The notes under the pieces: model-generated
What the model saw: the letters and a program-made list of their open reading frames with translations, nothing else
Databases searched by the model: none
What the model was told of the DNA's origin: nothing
Shown: positions 23,851 to 36,470 of the stretch, piece by piece
Position numbering within the stretch: position 1 is the first letter of the stretch
Layout: every line of letters starts with the position of its first letter
DNA from: Malacoraja senta
Lineage: Eukaryota
Assembly (NCBI GenBank): GCA_038087875.1
Contig: CM075991.1
Span: 9,674,001 to 9,738,000 of the forward strand
Reading direction: 5' to 3'
Length of the DNA: 64,000 bases
Position numbers and translations under genes: made by a program

Positions 23851-24002
23851 GTTTTGAACATCGAAGAAAGGTGCACAAGTAGGCCATTCGGCCCTTCACC
23901 GCCATTCAATGTAGTCATCCAAAATCAGTTCCCCCCCCCCCCACACATATCCATTGATTCCTTTAGCCCCAAGAGCTAAATCTATTCAAGAATCTATACT
24001 AG

Positions 24003-24672
24003 ACTGATTCCTGTGATGTCAGGACTTTCATATGAAGAAAGACTGGATAGACTTGGCTTATACTCGCTAGAATTTAGGAGATTGAGAGGGGACCTTATAG
24101 AAACGTACAAAATTCTTATGGGGTTGGACAGGCTAGATGCAGGAAGATTGTTCCCGATGTTGGGGAAGTCCAGGACAAGGGGGTCACAGCTTAAGGATAA
24201 GGGGGAAATCCTTTAAGACCGAGATGAGGAAAAACTTTTTCACACAGAGAGTGGTGAATCTCTGGAATTCTCTGCCACAGAGGGTAGTTGAGGCCAGTTC
24301 ATTGGCTATATTTAAGAGGGAGTTAGATGTGGCCCTTGTGGCTAAAGGGATCAGGGGGTATGGAGAGAAGGCAGGTACGGGATACTGAGTTGGATGATCA
24401 GCCATGATCATATTGAATGGCGGTGCAGGCTCGAAGGGCCGAATGGCCTACTCCTGCACCTATTTTCTATGTATCTATGTATCTATGTAAGAAGGAACTG
24501 CCGATTTAAGAGAGAGTTAGATAGAGCTCTAGGGGCTAGTGGAGTCAAGGGATTAGGGAGAAGGCAGGCACGGGTTATTGATAGGGGACGATCAGCCATG
24601 ATCACAATGAATGGCGGTGCTGGCTCGAAGAGCCGAATGGCCTCCTCCTGCACCGATTTTCTATGTTTCTAA
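24003..24672 (+). mobile_element. HER1/CR1-type LINE 3' ends (two stacked)
   Basis: LSYEERLDRLGLYSLEFRRLRGDLIETYKI...FFTQRVVNLWNSLP is a CR1 C-terminus; tail GGCCGAATGGCCTACTCCTGCACC with (TATC/TATG)n; a second tail at 24505-24672. Confidence 0.9.
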
Positions 24673-24751
24673 GCTGGAAAATCGAAGGTAGACAAAAGTG
24701 CTGGAGAAACTCAGCGGGTGCAGCAGCATCTATGGAGCGAAGGAAATAGGC

Positions 24752-24779
24752 AACGTTTCGGGCCGAAACCCTTCTTCAG
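24752..24779 (-). ncRNA. Minimal hammerhead-ribozyme-like motif in a repeat
   Basis: Identical to the motif at 25209-25236, on the opposite strand. Confidence 0.55.
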
Positions 24780-25208
24780 ACTCCTCAGAGCTAAATCTAC
24801 CTCTCTCTTGGAGTTACTCCAGCATTTTTGTGTCAATGCAAGGTTCCTTGCAGTGGGTACATTCCCAGCTTTGCCTACAGCACTGCGAGCAATGCACGCA
24901 TTTGGGCACCTGATGCAATGAACGAAGCGAAGCAGCTAAAATTGCACCGTCCATTCCATGCACTACAGTATTTGAAAGCTTTTTAAAGACAATCTTCTCA
25001 TCATAAACTGTTATCTTCAGTTCAAATCAAATACAAGTTTGTTCCATTAATTCCACAGCAAAAGACAACCAACCCACGTCATATAGTCATAGAGTGTGGA
25101 AACGGGTCCTTCGGTCCAACTTGCCCACAGCGACCAACATGTCCCATCTGCACTCGTCCCACCTGCCTGCGTTTGGCCCATATCCGTCTAAATCTGACGG
25201 ATCTAAGT

Positions 25209-25236
25209 CTGAAGAAGGGTTTCGGCCCGAAACGTT
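25209..25236 (+). ncRNA. Minimal hammerhead-ribozyme-like motif in a repeat
   Basis: CTGAAGA-A-GGGT(TTCG)GCCC-GAAA-C-GTT: CUGANGA, stem II, GAAA, palindromic ACGT, NUH triplet. Confidence 0.55.
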
Positions 25237-26293
25237 GCCTATTTCCTTCGCTCCATAGATGCTGCTGCACCCGCTGAGTTTCTCCAGCATTTTTGTGTAC
25301 CTTAAATCTGACATATCCCTGCCTCAAGAACCTCCTCCAGCAGCTGGTTCCATACGCCCACCATCGTTTGTGGGGTTTTTTTTAAAGCCCTCAGTTTCCT
25401 ATTACATCTCCCCCCCCCCCCCCCCTTCACTTTAAACCCATGCCCTCTGGTTCACGGTTCCCCCACTGTGCGTCCTTTCATAAAAAAATAAAAAAAAGCA
25501 TGGGTGACTCGCTGATTTATTCTAGCAGTCTTTTTTTGTAAAGCACCATCAGCAGTTCCTCGAGTCTACTACAAGCAAACTCTATAGTGACAAGCATAGG
25601 AAGTTAAACGTGCAGTGTCATATGTAAAACAATCTATAACTTACCCAAAGTATGAGACTACTGTTTGATAGCACGACATAAATGATCGGGCAACGACATA
25701 ATATTGAAGCAAGCGTGCAAATGGAGCGTGGGGCAGCAGAACTCGCACCAGACGGAACACCGCCTCTTTAAATCCACAAAACTGGCCTGGGCGTTTGTAC
25801 AGAAAACAAGCTGCTTCGGAAGGATTTCGGCGGATCAGGGAGAATACTCTACCGCTGCGCCACCGTGCCTCTTGTGTTTAAGCATTATGTGCCCACTTCG
25901 CTTTTGTCCGCCAACATAATTTATGGATTCATTAAAACACTGAGATTACAAAGTCAGATTCAAGCAAGACATTCAAAATATTGCGAAATTAATTACCAAT
26001 ACAAATAGGAGGAATATTTCCATCCTTGCATTTCACTGTATTTCAAATATCTGTGGCCTTCTGCTTTAAAACGACATTTGTTAAATGATTATAATAGCGG
26101 AGTCAGGGGATTATGGGGAGAAGGCAGGAACTGATTGGGGATGATCAGCCATGATCACATTGAATGGCGGTGCTGGCTCGAAGGGCCGAATGGCCTACTC
26201 CTGCACCTATTGTCTATAATAAATCAGAATAGCAATGTCAAATGTGTAATGGGATGAATTATCAGCAGCCTAGACAAACATAAAGTGCAAACA

Positions 26294-26470
26294 AGCTGGA
26301 GAAACTCAGCGGGTGCAGCAGCATCTATGGAGCGAAGGAAATAGGTAACGTTTCGGCCCGAAACGTTACCTATTTCCTTCGCTCCATAGATGCTGCTGCT
26401 GCACCCGCTGAGTTTCTCCAGCATTTTTGTGTACCTTCGATTTTCCAGCATCTGCAGTTCCTTCTTTAAC
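26294..26470. mobile_element. Short fold-back retro-repeat (Penelope-like-derived), representative copy with 16-bp TSD
   Basis: ~62-bp near-perfect inverted arms; direct repeat ACATAAAGTGCAAACA at 26278-26293 and 26471-26486. Related copies near 885, 2310, 9188, 21245, 23445, 24672, 25205, 30755, 33063, 33447, 34815, 42052, 43376, 45810, 46465, 51095, 52080 and 63465. Confidence 0.8.
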
Positions 26471-29400
26471 ACATAAAGTGCAAACACATATATAATGATC
26501 GCTTTAAAATATTCCCGTAAGTGATGGAACAGGTTTCAAATAGGACTCAACACTTAAGCAGAAACTCGTGACGTCTGCACTCAGCCGCTGCCAGAAGCCT
26601 TGAGAGCCAGAAAGAGATTTATGAGTTTGTGTTAGCAGTGTTTAACAACGCGGTTTCAGTGGTGTGTTTTTTAATGGAACTCGTGCAATTTTTTTTCTTC
26701 CTCCTAAACATTTCCAGAGGTTGATATTTTCTGTACTAATCCTGGGCTGGATGTATAAAGCACAAGCCTGACTGTTCGAATCTCATCATGGGGATTAGCT
26801 CATGATATTTCCATTGAATCTCATTGCAAGAATTCCATTGTCCTATCTGAGACGCATGACAATAAACTCTCTTGAATCGCGCCACTGCATGAGTGTTCCT
26901 TCATTTACATGCACTATCAACTTCCCTGGGCGGGGCAAAGAAAGCGGACACAGCACCTACCATCAGAAGGCAGCGATTGCGTGGTGCGTTATATTGGAGC
27001 TCCCTGTGCACTTAATCAGAAATTCTTAATACATGGAAGAGTTTTATTAATACGCAGTATATTGATCCTCCATTACACAGTAAAAAAAAACGACAACCGT
27101 TTAGTTGTTTCGCACAGTGATGTCCAATAACAACCTGAATGGAAGCCTGTCTTGCAGCAGCCTGGGGCGTACCTGGATCGGGGATTTTATAAACGGCCCC
27201 AAAATATGGCGACTGTGCATTTGTGGTTGTGTAAAAGAATATCACTGTGCATACATGACAATAAAGAACCATTGAACCGTTTGAAAGTTTTTTATTTCAC
27301 TGCCTTGGGTGTTCAATTAATCACCCTAAACATTAAAGTCCTTTACATTATCAGCACACCGTGGCTGCAGTGTGCCATCTCCAAAGCCAGAGGGACCACA
27401 ACCCCATCATCATCCCACAACTCCACCACCAAGATCAATGAGGTTAATGGGACACAAGAATGCCAACACACATGGGTTCCCCCTGCACATCATGCCAACG
27501 GAAATATTTTGCCATTGTATACATTGATGTATTGTCTTCTAACCTCCAAATTCTTCTGATGAATCTCCAGTGCACTTCTTCCTGAACGAAGTTAACTTTC
27601 CTGGGATTTAGAGGGCAGAATTGATTGAATTTAACCATAGAATCTCTACTCAGCACTTTATTAGATCTACCGTTTTGCGAGCCTTTTTAACCCCTGTGGA
27701 TAAAGGTTAACATTCCATGGGTTTTCAAATCCGTTCCGATTGACCACTAGCCTGAGATTTCTGTACTTGGGCCTGTCCTTGGCTGCTTAACACTATTTGT
27801 GGTTCCCATCCTAAAGGTACTGTACAAGAATGAGCCTGCATCCTGGACCGAGATCAGCCTTGATTAAATGGCGAAATAGACGATGGGCCAAGTGGCCTAA
27901 TTATGTGAATTATGAACGTGAACTTATCTCAGATGGATCTTTGCTAACCAAATTCCACGTGCATGAATTTTACTTTTGTCCAAATCTATCAACCTTACTT
28001 TGCATTGCTGTGCACCATCCTACTTAATGGTGAAAGGAGCTGGGTCTACAGTCGAGGGGACACCACTGAGTAAATTGTATCTTCGGTGAAGATTTAAGAT
28101 GAGGAGAGTGTAACGACTTTGTAGATCAGGTTAAGTGTTTCCTCAAAGTACCCATACTCCAACAGAGTAACAATTCCACACAGCCTCGGGCCACACATTA
28201 CCTGCTTTTCCACCTTGCTTTAATGACTGAAGGGTTTAGACTGCACTGTAAGCAATCCCTTACTCGCTCATCTTCAACTAGGTCTCTTGGTAAGTACCCG
28301 AGGCCCCATCATATTGATGTACATTCCTCACACTTCAGTAAAAAACAAGATAATCTGGTAGGAGAAAAGATCGCCCATTGAAGGGTCCAAACCAAGACAA
28401 CCAGACCAACTCCCAACGGATTATTCACTCTTTCCTTTAAGGACAGCCTGACAATGATTTAAAGTGTAAATTAAAACATCTTATCACATAAAATGTGCTA
28501 TTGTAATATTCCAGTATATTACTGGCTCTTCAGTTACTGACATTAATAATATGAAGCGCCTTTTTCATATGTGATGCGTTATTTCATGATGATGGTTCAC
28601 AAGATACTGTAAAGGTTAAAGTTCAAATCCAAAGCTATGTACAATAACTTGTCACAAGGCTGTTTCCAGAACCCGTGATCAATCCAAGAGGCAAACGTTA
28701 GGATTTCTTAATGTATTTTGTTAAGCAGGAATTGCATGGGACATACCAGGAAACAGCTGGTAATTTATGGTGACAGTGCAGTCAGACGTGTAGCTTGAGT
28801 AGCATTCATGCTCTTGACCATTTCCTGTGAATATAGCTTACCTGTGCCAATTTTTAGAAGTAGCTTTCAAATTACTTTCAACATTGACATTGAAACATTG
28901 ATATCATCTGTCATCTTGCCAAAGAACCATGGGGGAAAACATCGCCAAAATAAAGTATGCAGGCATAGAAAAATAAGAACAAATTAGGGAAATTAACAAT
29001 GGTGAAAAGATTTTGGAAGCCTCTGCACCTCCCGGATTTAGATTCTAATTTAAAAGGATACATTTTCAGAAAGCCCGTTTGTTTACTTGTGGCAGCGAAC
29101 TAATGCTAGCAGACCGCAGTTAACTACGGATTCCATTCTTGGGAACTGCCAATAAACCGATTTTCAATGTTGATTTTAGGATTATATAATTAAACGTGGA
29201 AATATATACTGTATTCAGTTGCTAATGAACCCCATAAAACATCAGTTTATCTTGAAAGTTCAAGGTTTTTTATTTTTAGCCCTGAACGGATTTTCTTTCA
29301 GCACGTGAAGATGTTCTGCTACTGGTGGTCTTTCATGCGTTCATAAGTCATTGGAGTAGAATTAGGCAATTCGGCCCATCGAGTCTACACTGCTATTCAA

Positions 29401-29959
29401 TCATGGGCGATCTATCTCTCCTTCTCAACCTCATTCTCACTTTCTCCCCGTAACATTCGACATCCATACTAATCAAAAACCTGTCAGTCTCAGCTTTAAA
29501 AATACCCAGTGACTTGGTCTCAAATTTTAAATCCATTTACATGACCATTTTCAGATCCAAAGCAAAATCATATTGAACTGGTATAATCTTTAGATAACAT
29601 TCTGCCCTCTTCTGGACCAAAAATAGAATTAAAAATCCAAGAACAATGTTATGATTTCTCAGCAAATGCATTATTTACTTTAGCTCCAGAGGCTGATCCA
29701 ACCTTTAAAAGTGGAACCCAAATTTTAGTTAAACTTAAATTCCAGGTGTCCAAGCAGCTTCCACTTTCATTTCCAACATTGCTTTAACAGTAATCAGCTA
29801 GGTCATGTTGTACCTTGCTCTAGATTAACTCACTTTCAAACATATCACAAATTAAGTTTCAGGTATGCAAAGCATAGCAGGTAAAACTTCACCAAAAAAA
29901 TGTGATAGTACAAACACGTTGGTGTGTTAGGGACTAGAGAGCTTGTGTTTACACAGCAG

Positions 29960-30500
29960 CACAGGAACAGGCCCCTGGGCCCCATCATGTTTGTGCCAAC
30001 CAGCGCGTCAATCTAAATTAATCTCATCTGCCTGCACGTGGTACATATCCCTCTATTTGTGGCTTGTTCTTGCATCTGTCTAAATGCAACTTAAATATTG
30101 CTATCATACGTACTTCTACCACCGCTCCTGACAGCGCCTTCCGAGAGGAACCTTCCACCCAGTTAAAATAAAACGCCTCAACTCTCCTTTAAATTTTACT
30201 CCTCTCCCCCAAAACCTCTATTCTCTAATATAAGACATAAATACTTGGGGGAGAAAAGATCGATTGTCTACCCTATTCTTCTCATGACTTTCTACATCTC
30301 TATCAGGTCACCTCTCATCCTCCTATGTATCATAGAAAATAATCAAATGTTGTCAATTTTATGCCAAATACGCTTAATCCAGACAAGGTGAACATCTTCT
30401 GAGCAGTTCAGTCTCCACATTCTTTCTGTGCAGAGATCAGAACTGCACACAATACTCCAAATGTGGCCTAACCAAAGTTTAATAGAACAGTAACATAGCT
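29960..30500 (-). mobile_element. Decayed CR1-type LINE fragment
   Basis: TTGGTTAGGCCACATTTGGAGTATTGTGTGCAGTTCTG (LVRPHLEYCVQF) on minus, plus a CR1 tail. Confidence 0.65.
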
Positions 30501-31329
30501 TGCCTATTTTTATACTCATTGCCCTGACCAATAGACATGCTTTACATATATAATATAAAGCCTTCTCTGCTCTCACTATAATCCCTGTCCATCTAGGTGT
30601 ATGTACATCCACTCCATCTTTTTTTCAGGATGTCCAATGAGCCCAAAGTGGGATCTGCACTATAGGGCAGGAGGTACATTAAGGCCTGTGTGAATGGGTT
30701 ACATGGGAGCACAAACAGTCAATTAGCTCCAACAAACAATGAGACAAGCACTTTAAGAAGGAACTGCAGATGCTGGAAAAATCGAAGGTAGACAAAAATG
30801 CTGGAGAAACTCAGCGGGTGCAGCAAGCATCTATGGAGCGAAGGAAATCGGCAAAGTTTCGAGCCGAAACCCTTCTTCAGCGAATGTTTTAATGTTGAGA
30901 AAAGAATATTGGCCGGGTGTGTATTCCCAGTGGTCAGGGATTCTGCATCAACAGAATGAATTAATTGCTCCAGTATCATGAACCACTAAAAGTGATAAAT
31001 CACTTCTCACAGCTGTGTGTGGACCTTGTGCTTCACCAGAGTTGGCAACCTTCAGATGAAGCAAGCGGAATTCAAAATAAACTATAATTCTCATATTCCC
31101 AACACTGTATTAAAACTAATATAGAATTACTTCACATTGCCAAGTAATGCAAAGGGCTTTTTGATACTTCCAAAGATTTTATTCCTACTCTGGGACGTTC
31201 AGTTCCTCCGGCTCTTCCTCCTTCAGGTGTAGTCAGAGCAGTTATCACTTTAGTGAGTGATAACGAGTCTGCTACACCAGGCATTTACACGTTTCTACAG
31301 TTTAGCACAGATCAAATCTCAATGCAGAC

Positions 31330-32110
31330 CTGTTGTCAAGCAAAACCATGTCATTACTCCAAACATTCTTCCTAATTTTTGTTGCTGAAACAGTACATCT
31401 CACCTCCAAATCCATCTCCCCAAATAAAATGCCATGGGACCCTGGAAGACATGGGCTACTTTCGATATCTCAGGGGACAACCCAGAGAAGATATATACCA
31501 GTATTGAAATTCACCACTACCTCAAGGTCTTCAGCACATTTGCTGGAGGAAAAGTGCTGAGATTGTCCTTAAACCTGGTAGAAAATTCACCACATGGCAG
31601 TTTTTCCTGTACATTTATACTTTGGAGACATATTTCCTCAAAGCACTGGAGGGGTTCTACCAACAATCCACACCAAACCCTGCCAAACAATTGGCAGGAA
31701 AAAAAGAACCCAAATCAGTGTCCTCTTGCTGGCCAACATCCCCAGCATCTTGGCTGAGTCCACCAGCTCCAACCAGCAGGTCATTGTGCTCACATACTCA
31801 ACACCAGAATCCCAAGGTAGGCCCATTACTCCAAGTTCCGTCACAGCAAGGTATTAGCAGGACAGGGGAAAAAAACTGCTCCATAAAGAGTTTCTCGCTG
31901 ACTTAATGGAATACCAGTTCATGACCACGCAAATAAGAAGCAGATTTCTGGGTGGCACCAAAAACCTCTTCTCATCATCAGGTGCGCTCCATCCAAGCAT
32001 ACACTCAAGCAACTCACGTCTACCCGCAGATCACACAATGGCCTCAACACTCAGCCAAAACCTCCAGAGCTGGAAAAGCAAGTTACCCATAATCCGATGT
32101 ACCTGAGGGG
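31330..32110 (+). mobile_element. Degenerate RTE-clade LINE fragment
   Basis: Broken frames give LEDMGYFRYL, IEIHHYL, LKALEGFYQQ, RTQISVLLLANIPSI and HQLQPAGH, matching the RTE-type C-terminal pattern. Confidence 0.65.
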
Positions 32111-35100
32111 AGACAAAGGATAATTGTATAACGTGATACACTAACGCAGAGTAGAATATCGTATTTGCTGTTTTGGCATTACTAAGGAAAGTAAACTTCA
32201 TTAGGCATTAAAGCCAACCCAAGCTGGGTGACACACACTGGTTGCTGTTCCCAAGTCGGGCTCCCCACATAATACGTCAACATTGCAGCACCTTTGGTTT
32301 GAGCCTTAGGATACTCACCAGCAAGAATCCCATGAGACAACTAACCACATGGAACTGTTGATCTGCCTTCACCAACAACCCCTTTGCAAGATGCATTGAG
32401 TGGAAATATTAGGACATTAGAAATTCTTAAACGACAATACAACGTTGACATTCATAGTGCATACATACCTCAAAAATTTAGTTAATTGAATCCTACTAAA
32501 TGCAACTAAAATTAAGGCCACATTTGTCACCATTTTTAATCCACCACTATCCCAATTTTCCTGTCTCCAAAAATGCAGGATTTAAAGAATAATTTTACAT
32601 CAAATCATTCATTCAAGAACCAAAGAGAGCGACTGTAAGAATAACTAATAAATGGAGTAACTTGTTAACAAAGGTTTATTCTCCTGCTCGGAACCAACTA
32701 CCTCACTGCTTTGCAGTGCATTAAAGTGCATTTCATGTATAGTTTTCCATTTCATACTTTATTCTACAGAATGGTTATTGGGATTTGTCTACAAAGTACT
32801 TGAATGTTACTGGGGATACATCAATTCAGATTCTCCAATAAAGCTAATATGCTTGGATCTATTTCCAATTGCAGTGTTAACCACAAAGGCTATATTTCCT
32901 CAATTCACTTTGAAACTGATTGAAGAGTATGAAGATGAAATGTATCTTATGAACCCGTTGATAGCTCTGAGGAACTATTTGCAAAGTGCAGAAGTTGGCA
33001 AACAGGGTGAAAACGGTTGAACACATTTGCCTCCAGGAAAGAACCTGCACATAACCACCTGCATAGGAAAGAACTGAAGATGCGGGTTTAAATCGAAGGT
33101 AGACACAAAATGCTGAATAACTCAGCAGGTCAGGCAGCATCTCTGGAGAGAAGTTTCGGGTCAAGACCCTTCTTCAGACTGTACTTGTAACCACATGTAC
33201 TTGGATAAGAAGCCATTTGGATATACGAGTTCAGAAATCATCTACATGGACGGGACCAAATCCCCCCCTCAAAATAAAAAAAATAACAAGTTTGTCAGTC
33301 TCTAACTTGCACAATCCAATTGTAGCACTCTTCCTAAAAGCCCATTGCCTCTCTGCTGGTCCTAAAATGGGCCCCTTCTTCACAGGATAACAAAAGTCTG
33401 CAAACTCATCAAGAGGCACAATCTTCACAACTGCTTATAATGTTATTCGAAGGAACTGCAGATGCTGGTTTATACCAAAGATAGACACAAAATGGAGCCA
33501 CTCAGCAGGTCAGGCAGCAAAGAAAATGGACAGGTTATCGCCACCATTTTCACTAGTGATGCTGCCTGACCCGCCTGCTGACTTGAAATGTCGCCTATGC
33601 CAGAGATGCTTCCCCACCCAGAGTTACTTTAGCTTTTTGTGTCCATCTCCAGAAACTGCTAAGTCTAAAACATTAACATTTCTCACAGAATCTGCAGAGT
33701 GAAAATTAAGTTCAGAACACTAATCCTGCACGTCAGTTCTGAATACATAATTTGCAAAACCGCAAAGAGTTTATCTACAAAGCTCAATCTGGGATATAAT
33801 TTTACTTCTCAATAAAGGAAAACCAATCATATTCTTCCATTCGAACAGTTGAGGTTGTTTTTGGCATCAATTAATCCCTAATTTTAGAACAGTCAAATTT
33901 AAAACAACTCATTGCACTTTAGTCCTTCCATGTTTCAAGTATACAGTTGCCTTACTCAACTACACAGGAACGAATATTTCAACTGGCATTACATCAAATT
34001 AGCTCCGGATGTTCACGACCAAGAACTAAGTTGGGAAGTCAGAACTGGCATCACACCCCCATTCCCACAGAAAATCTCCAAACGTCACCTTCCACTGCCA
34101 GCCATAATCACTGCAGCGCAGCGAACGATGAGAATCAGCACATGAGCAGCAGAGCATCTGAACACTCAGCCAGAGGTCAAGCAGTCTATTAAAAAAATAA
34201 CAATCTTTTCCTACAGTTCAGTTGCCAAGTGCAAAAATCCAAGAATCCAACACAAACAATGCACTGAGTTAACCAGCCAGGTTAGGTGGCAGTAAAAATT
34301 GTATTACTTCAATCTTCACCAATTTACATGGAGTCCTGGTGCTGATCACACCTACAACAGGTTAGTACTGGACAAAATATTACAAGAAAAATGGAGATAG
34401 GCTGGTCAAATCATCTCTCATTCAAACAAATTAGGTCACAGCAGCTGTTGTGATTTTGTTTTACGAGACAAAACATACGTTTTAGAAGAATTTGGACAAC
34501 TTGAGGCACATTATCATGAAACATGAGCCACTAAAGAAAACAAAGTTCAAGCCAAGTCACAGCAGTTTTTACAATATCCTTTGCGATGCGTCTGAAACCA
34601 CTGGACTGGAAGTTGTTAAGTAGCCATGCAGCTTTTGGCATTAAGTGAACAGGGACATTGCAATCATAATTTTCCAATTAATGCAGCACTTGGGATATAA
34701 TTATACTTCTCAGTAAATTGGGGGGAATTATATTCTTCCATTCTGCTCACTAGATCAAGAACATTGTTTCTGCACTGGCATCAAACCCAGTGAACTCTGA
34801 GTGATACCCACTGATGGCTGGAGGAACTCAACGGGTCAGGCAGCTGGGATGGAAGGACTACGTTTCATGACTGGTAACTTCTTCCCGATCCGGAACGTCA
34901 CCTGTCCATTCCCTCCCCAGATGCTGCCCGACTCGCTGAGTTTCTCCAAAACATTATTTTGTTCAAGATTCCAACATCAGCAGTTTCTTGCGCCTCCAAT
35001 TCACTGACTGAGAACTAGTCAAACTCGGCTCCAATTTAACTTACCCAAGTTAAATCAAAATTCTGAAAATCCAGGCAAGTGCTGTTGGGAGATTTAACAC

Positions 35101-35376
35101 AGAATAAATGGCACTCGGGCTCTCACCTGCAGAATCTCAATCGCCAACTTGCCAGTTATGGCTGGTCTAAAGCATTTGCACTAAGAAACAGACAATTAAC
35201 TCAAAAATCTCAGCAGTTTGAACATTGAACCTAAGCACCGCAGTGTCTAACCATCCAGTCCATTTGGTGAAAAAGAACGGCAAGAAATGAAAGGGAGGGG
35301 GGGGGGAGAAAAAATGAAACAGTAAACACAGATGGACTTCATCAAGTCCACTGGCGTCCCCTTGAAAACGCACAAG

Positions 35377-35382
35377 TTTATT
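35377..35382 (-). terminator. Candidate PPP2R2A polyadenylation signal AATAAA (3'UTR ~0.8 kb)
   Basis: AATAAA on minus at the end of a repeat-free 3'UTR-like stretch; alternatives at 35555-35560 (AATAAA) and 35462-35467 (ATTAAA). Confidence 0.5.
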
Positions 35383-36190
35383 AACACCGAATAGAAAATA
35401 CTTAAGATTCATATTCCATTACATCAAACATCAGTAAAACTTACCGGTATTAGACACACTCTTTAATGCATTCATTTAAAAAGAGTACATGGTATTTTCA
35501 AAAAGTACAGCTAATTTCAAAATGAAAAGCACCAAAGGAGCTATTTTTATCATTTTTATTCAGTAGGTTTTTCTTGTGCCAGAAATGGCAAGGGCAGCAA
35601 TATTACAGTCGGTTGTTAAAACATCAGTATGCAACAAAAACCACCTGACCCACTGACCCAACTCTGACCTGGTCATGTCCTTTACGCTCCAACAGGGCCG
35701 GATGGAGGAATCCGTGAGGTCAGAGAAGGAATGTTACAAGCATTAACAACAAGCTGTATGTAGATAAAAAGGGGGAAGGTGGGGCGAGGGGGTAGAGAAC
35801 ATTACGGTAATGAGGGTACACAGTAAAACATTGCCATATCATGACTGGAGGACTTCTTCCTCGAAACCTCACCACAATGGAAGGCAAAGGAGTGGATTAA
35901 ATGAACGTCTGATGCAGTAAAATGCTAATGTAGTAGCCCATAATTTGTAATGCAGAGACAACCTCCCTCCCCGCCAAATGACTAGCGATCATGAATTGCA
36001 AATTTGGATGGGGTTGGGTATAGGAGTAAAAAGAATTCCCTGCGATAACATGACTGGTGTGCGTTATAAATGGCACTGATTCAAGAGAGGTGGTGGGGAG
36101 GGGGCCAGAATGGGCCCCTCTCTTACAAGATACAAAGGCTACACTATCTTAACTAGGCAGGAATCGGATTCTTTCTTCACTGCACGGGTT

Positions 36191-36470
36191 TTAATTCACT
36201 TTGTCCTGGAATATATACAGGTTGTTGGTTGTGGCTACGGCAATGATATTTTCCTTAGGGTGCCAGGCTGTGTGCAGGATCTTCTTGTTGAAGTCCAGAC
36301 TATCAACACTAATCTCGTCCTTCTTCCTCTTGCCCCCTGAACACACCCTGCGTGGTTTCAGGATAGCCCGTGGTTTGCTGTTCTCTCTCGAAGCCTCTAG
36401 CGTAATGTCCCGTTTTGTGTTTCTATCGAACATTCTGAAGAAATTGTTGTACGACCCAGTCATGACAACA
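36191..36470 (-). CDS. PPP2R2A: PPP2R2A exon 10 coding part with stop
   Basis: tttcag|TGTTGTC ...; [29 protein letters not shown]...[11 protein letters not shown]. Confidence 0.97.

Noticed and set aside
24698..24913. Recurrent peptide MLEKLSGCSSIYGAKEIGNVSGRNPSSD in several ORFs
   Set aside because: Translation of the non-coding hammerhead-motif repeat, not a gene family.
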